Part shown: positions 60,321-64,000 of the stretch, in pieces | Numbering within the stretch: position 1 is the first letter of the stretch | How the letters are laid out: the number at the start of each line of letters is the position of its first letter | From: the human T2T-CHM13v2.0 reference genome, Homo sapiens | DNA length: 64,000 bases | Assembly (NCBI GenBank): GCA_009914755.4 | Contig: CP068257.2 | Span: 15,360,001 to 15,424,000, forward strand | Direction: 5' to 3' | The notes under the pieces: model-generated | Seen by the model: only the letters and a program-made list of their open reading frames with translations | The model's database searches: none | Told to the model about the DNA's origin: nothing | Made by a program: the position numbers and the translations under genes

Positions 60321-63300
60321 TTTTAGAGGAAATACCTTTTTCTCCAGGAGAATTTTCTGATTTATTTTTTAAAATTTTTAGTACTTTGATTCTCATATTT
60401 TCTCATTATTTTAATAGTGTCTATGATGTAGACTACAGCATAGTCTTCCTACCAGTTAGATGATCCTTTACATCTTATAGGTAAAATCTCAGAATTATGC
60501 TATATTGTCATAAAGGGACAATGGAGTTTTGGAGCCACTAAGGCACTCTTATGCCTTATCTAATTTAAATTGATGAGTTAGTTTCTCCTACAAATTCTCT
60601 ATGGCATACTAGAAATTACATTAAATTGTAAGTCAAACCCCAATGATTTGGCTACAATTAAGAAAGCCCACTCACACCACTAAAGTGTGTGACACAGAAT
60701 ATTGTTTCATCTTTGTGTAATTGTAAAATTGGAAAGAATCTTAGATGTCCTCCAGCCCAGAGGTTTCAATCCCTTCTCCCCAGGGACTTCAGGGGGTATA
60801 TTCTTTCCTAGGGAGGGGCTGGTGTTGAGAAGATGCAACTTTCCTCCCCTAACTCCATTTAATCAGAGGCCACTAATTCGTTCTGTTTTACAAATTGGTA
60901 CAATCTGAGTATCTTCCCCAATTCTCTGTCTCTGTTCTTCAGCATGAGAGGCTGTGTATCAGATAATATTTTTTACTCAGTTAAAGCATCTGAATCCCCA
61001 CCCTGAATGACTATAAGAAAAATCCATTTGGAATCATGTTTCTCTATCTTAGTATTTTCAAGAATTTCCAGAGGATGCTTACATATCTCACAATTGTGCT
61101 GTGGTTTTGATTTACTGTCTTATCATAGACATCTCCTCCAAACTATGACTTCTTTCAACATAACTCTATCTCAAACATGGATTCAGTGCAGTCTCAGTAC
61201 TTCTGAAAGTAAACACTGAGAATACTGTTTAACAAAACTTTACTAAAGGTTTGTGAGCCATTGAGTTTTCCAAGCCTCCCAAAGACATTCCAAGGGCATG
61301 TTAGCACCATATGTTAGTGTTCTTGACAGTGTGTTAAATGCTGTATCCTGAAAAAGCATATCCATAAATTTTCCCTTTTCTGGCTTTATTTCCCACCCCT
61401 CTTAATCTTCCATCCTGAGAATGTAATCCCAATATCCTATCCCATGTATTTTACATTCTCTTTCCAGTACATCTGAGCTAGGTCTTGTATCTCAGGTCTC
61501 CACTAGTGCAATAATACACTTAGTTATTTGGCTTAACTTTAGTTAATTGTCTTAGTGGCCAGGACATATGGTAGACACAAATGCTGAGGGGGACATCTGC
61601 TGTCTTACGCGGTAGTGCCTCTGTGTCACCTTCAAGCCAGGCTACTCTTAAAGGAGTGGTGGGCACTTCTGCAGGCTCAAAGGGTCCAGGAAATCTGAGG
61701 GGACCAGATTTTCAAATGCATCAAACAAGTGTCTTCATCCAATAACTTTGGGTCTCATTTATTGCAGCCAGGGCCCTACTCTTGTCATGGCAGACCTAAC
61801 TAGTTGGGGAATTTTACTTTCTCTGGAGGTCTGCTGTCCTTAGTTCCTGAGCCTGATCCTCAGCCTTTTCTGTCCTCCAGCTGCAAGAAATAGGAATCTC
61901 TCTTTGTGTTTCCAAAGAGTTCCTTTGGCTTTCACATTTAGCCTTTTATTGATGGTTAATCTTTTTCAGTCTTTCATTTTTGCTTCCCACAGCATTAATT
62001 GCCCCCAGCAAGTACTGTCCAATACCATTGCCCTTATAATAACTACTTGCCTCATTTACCTCTAAAGATTAATACCCCGTACCTAATATTGCATTTCCTT
62101 CTACCAGTATAGCATCCCAGTTTACCTATGATGAAAGCTTTATAATTTCCATCTTGTGTCACAGAATCTTTGTTCTCTACCTCATTGTCCACTGAATAAT
62201 GGGTGATCCAGCTTCAAAATCTCATTTAACCTCTCCATTTTCAGACCATTCTCAGATCAACTGTCAGGCCTACTTCTGTAGTAAGTAGGCTCAGATGACA
62301 TTTAGAAAATTGAGGGTTCATTAAGAAATGCTCTTGGGATCAACAACTGTGGGAGAAGGAAACAAAAGCAAATTGAGGTGGTGTGTGAAATCACAACAAG
62401 CCCTCAGCCAAATTTACAGGATGCTCTGAAGCTGGCAAATATCTTCAGAATTAAAGAAAGGGGTCAAGCCTTTAATATGCCATGATTAACCAGTCATTGG
62501 TTGCAAGCTACCACCTCTCCCACAGGGAACCCAATCCCAGAGAAGGGGTATGATCTTGAATGAGGCAGCTACTGTCCATCGAGGACAAGTTTCCAAATGG
62601 GTAGACAGCTAAGAAATTTTAACCCTCAACCTTTGGGATAACTGAGGAATAAATCCTTTAGTCTTAAAGTGGAGATCTGAGTGGCAAAGGCCGCCCTCCA
62701 TTGCAGAAGGATTAAGTACTGATGAGGACATGTCTAAAAGATGCAGGAACCAGTTTGAAAGAGGCTCACTAGTTAATTTTTGGCTAATGTAAATATCAAA
62801 AAGAATAATGATGACAGTGAGTTTTCAAATATTGAATGAGAAAATAATTTGACTAAATATATTCTGAATACGTTTAGTATATCCATCGGTGTCCTGAAAA
62901 GAAGAGTGGATGGAAGCTCTTTTTTGTAGAATAATGCCAGTTCCTTAATGTGAAATGACCAAATTAAAAGAACTAGATCATTTTCAAACATCAATGTATG
63001 AATTGATTTAGTTATCAATAGTTGCAAAAACCTTTAGCTGATAATTTGTTGAGGATCAGGATTTCACATACATTACAAAGTATCAACATACAGAATACAC
63101 ATTAATGACAAAGGGGAAGAAAACACCTTTACAATGGGGGGGTGTTGTAGATACTACCTTAACCGAGAGATCAAACTTGACATCACCAATAAGAGAAGGA
63201 AAAAAAAAAACAGACTTCATTAGCTTTCTAATTTAATGCAATGGGAAGTACATCTGTATTATTCTTGACAAAATGTTTAACTTGAGTCTGATCATAGGAA

Positions 63301-64000
63301 GCAATTTGACAAATCTGGATTGTGAGTGAGCTTGTAAGACAACCAGCCTGGATTATTTAAAAATATCAGAATCATGAAAACAAAGTGTAAAGAGACTGTC
63401 CTAAATTAAAGATGTTTTTAAAAATGACAAATATACTATGAGATCATTAATCAGATCCTGAATTGAGCATAAAAATAGCTAAAAAGAACATTGTGGGCTC
63501 AACTGAGTAAATACGAGTATAAATTATATATCAGATATTACTGTATCAATATTAAATTTTCTGAGTTCGATCATGCATTTGTGATTATATCATGGCTACC
63601 TACTAAAATACTAAAGGACCAAGTGTTGATATTACCAATGTACTTTGCAAAGAATTTCTTGAAAAAAGACATGGAGAGAGATGGCAAAGTGTTAACAACT
63701 GGTGAATTGTTAACATAAGTAAAGTTTCTACAGGTATTTATAATATTATTCTTTTAATTTTCTATTAGTTTTATTTTTTAAAAATATATATATAGGGGAA
63801 AATTCTAAAGTTAAATTTAACCCAAGTCCTAATCTAATGTCTGCAAATCTATTAATAAGATCTGTGTTCATGAACTTTAACTGTGTTTTGAATTCCGATT
63901 ACAGCCTTCTCTATACCAAGCCTTTTCTTTCTAGCATTACAAGCAAAGTGGTTTTTAAGAAAAAACACATAAAGATACCACATTTGTTTTAACTATGTTT

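Overview
This window is not prokaryotic. It is AT-rich, CpG-depleted primate nuclear DNA, most likely human, and it is dominated by interspersed repeats. I can support the following:
- A complete ~6.1-kb L1PA-type LINE-1 on the + strand (29188-35312). It has a recognisable 5'UTR, frameshifted ORF1 and ORF2, a poly-A tail, and a perfect 13-bp target-site duplication.
- At least eight further 5'-truncated L1 fragments. They include an old L1M split by a nested younger L1 insertion, and a minus-strand L1PB/L1MA-like element that carries an Alu insertion and an internal ~223-bp tandem duplication.
- Seven Alu copies: four on +, three on −, and one 5'-truncated.
- Several ERVL-MaLR solo LTRs (THE1/MST/MLT1-like), one of them split by an Alu.
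- A Tigger1 DNA-transposon 5' fragment truncated by an L1.
- Numerous microsatellites: a ~190-bp compound (GGAA)n(GAAA)n(GGGGA)n block, (GAATA)14, (GT)n/(GA)n, (CT)n, and (TTTTC)n/(ATA)n Alu tails.

Every ORF ≥60 aa in the supplied track lies inside a transposable element, inside a GC-rich stop-codon-poor stretch or a microsatellite, or looks like a chance ORF in unique DNA. I could not support any host exon, RNA gene, CpG island or CRISPR array.

The window reads as intronic or intergenic gene-poor sequence. The stretches not explained by known repeat families are:
- a GC-rich ~0.7-1.1 kb block at about 43.95-45.1 kb that ends in an A16 tract;
- a CpG-retaining segment at about 36.95-37.75 kb;
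- a pair of ~110-bp direct repeats 1.4 kb apart at 38.2 and 39.6 kb.

All repeat-family names below come from my recollection of consensus sequences, not from a database search, and they need RepeatMasker/Dfam confirmation.
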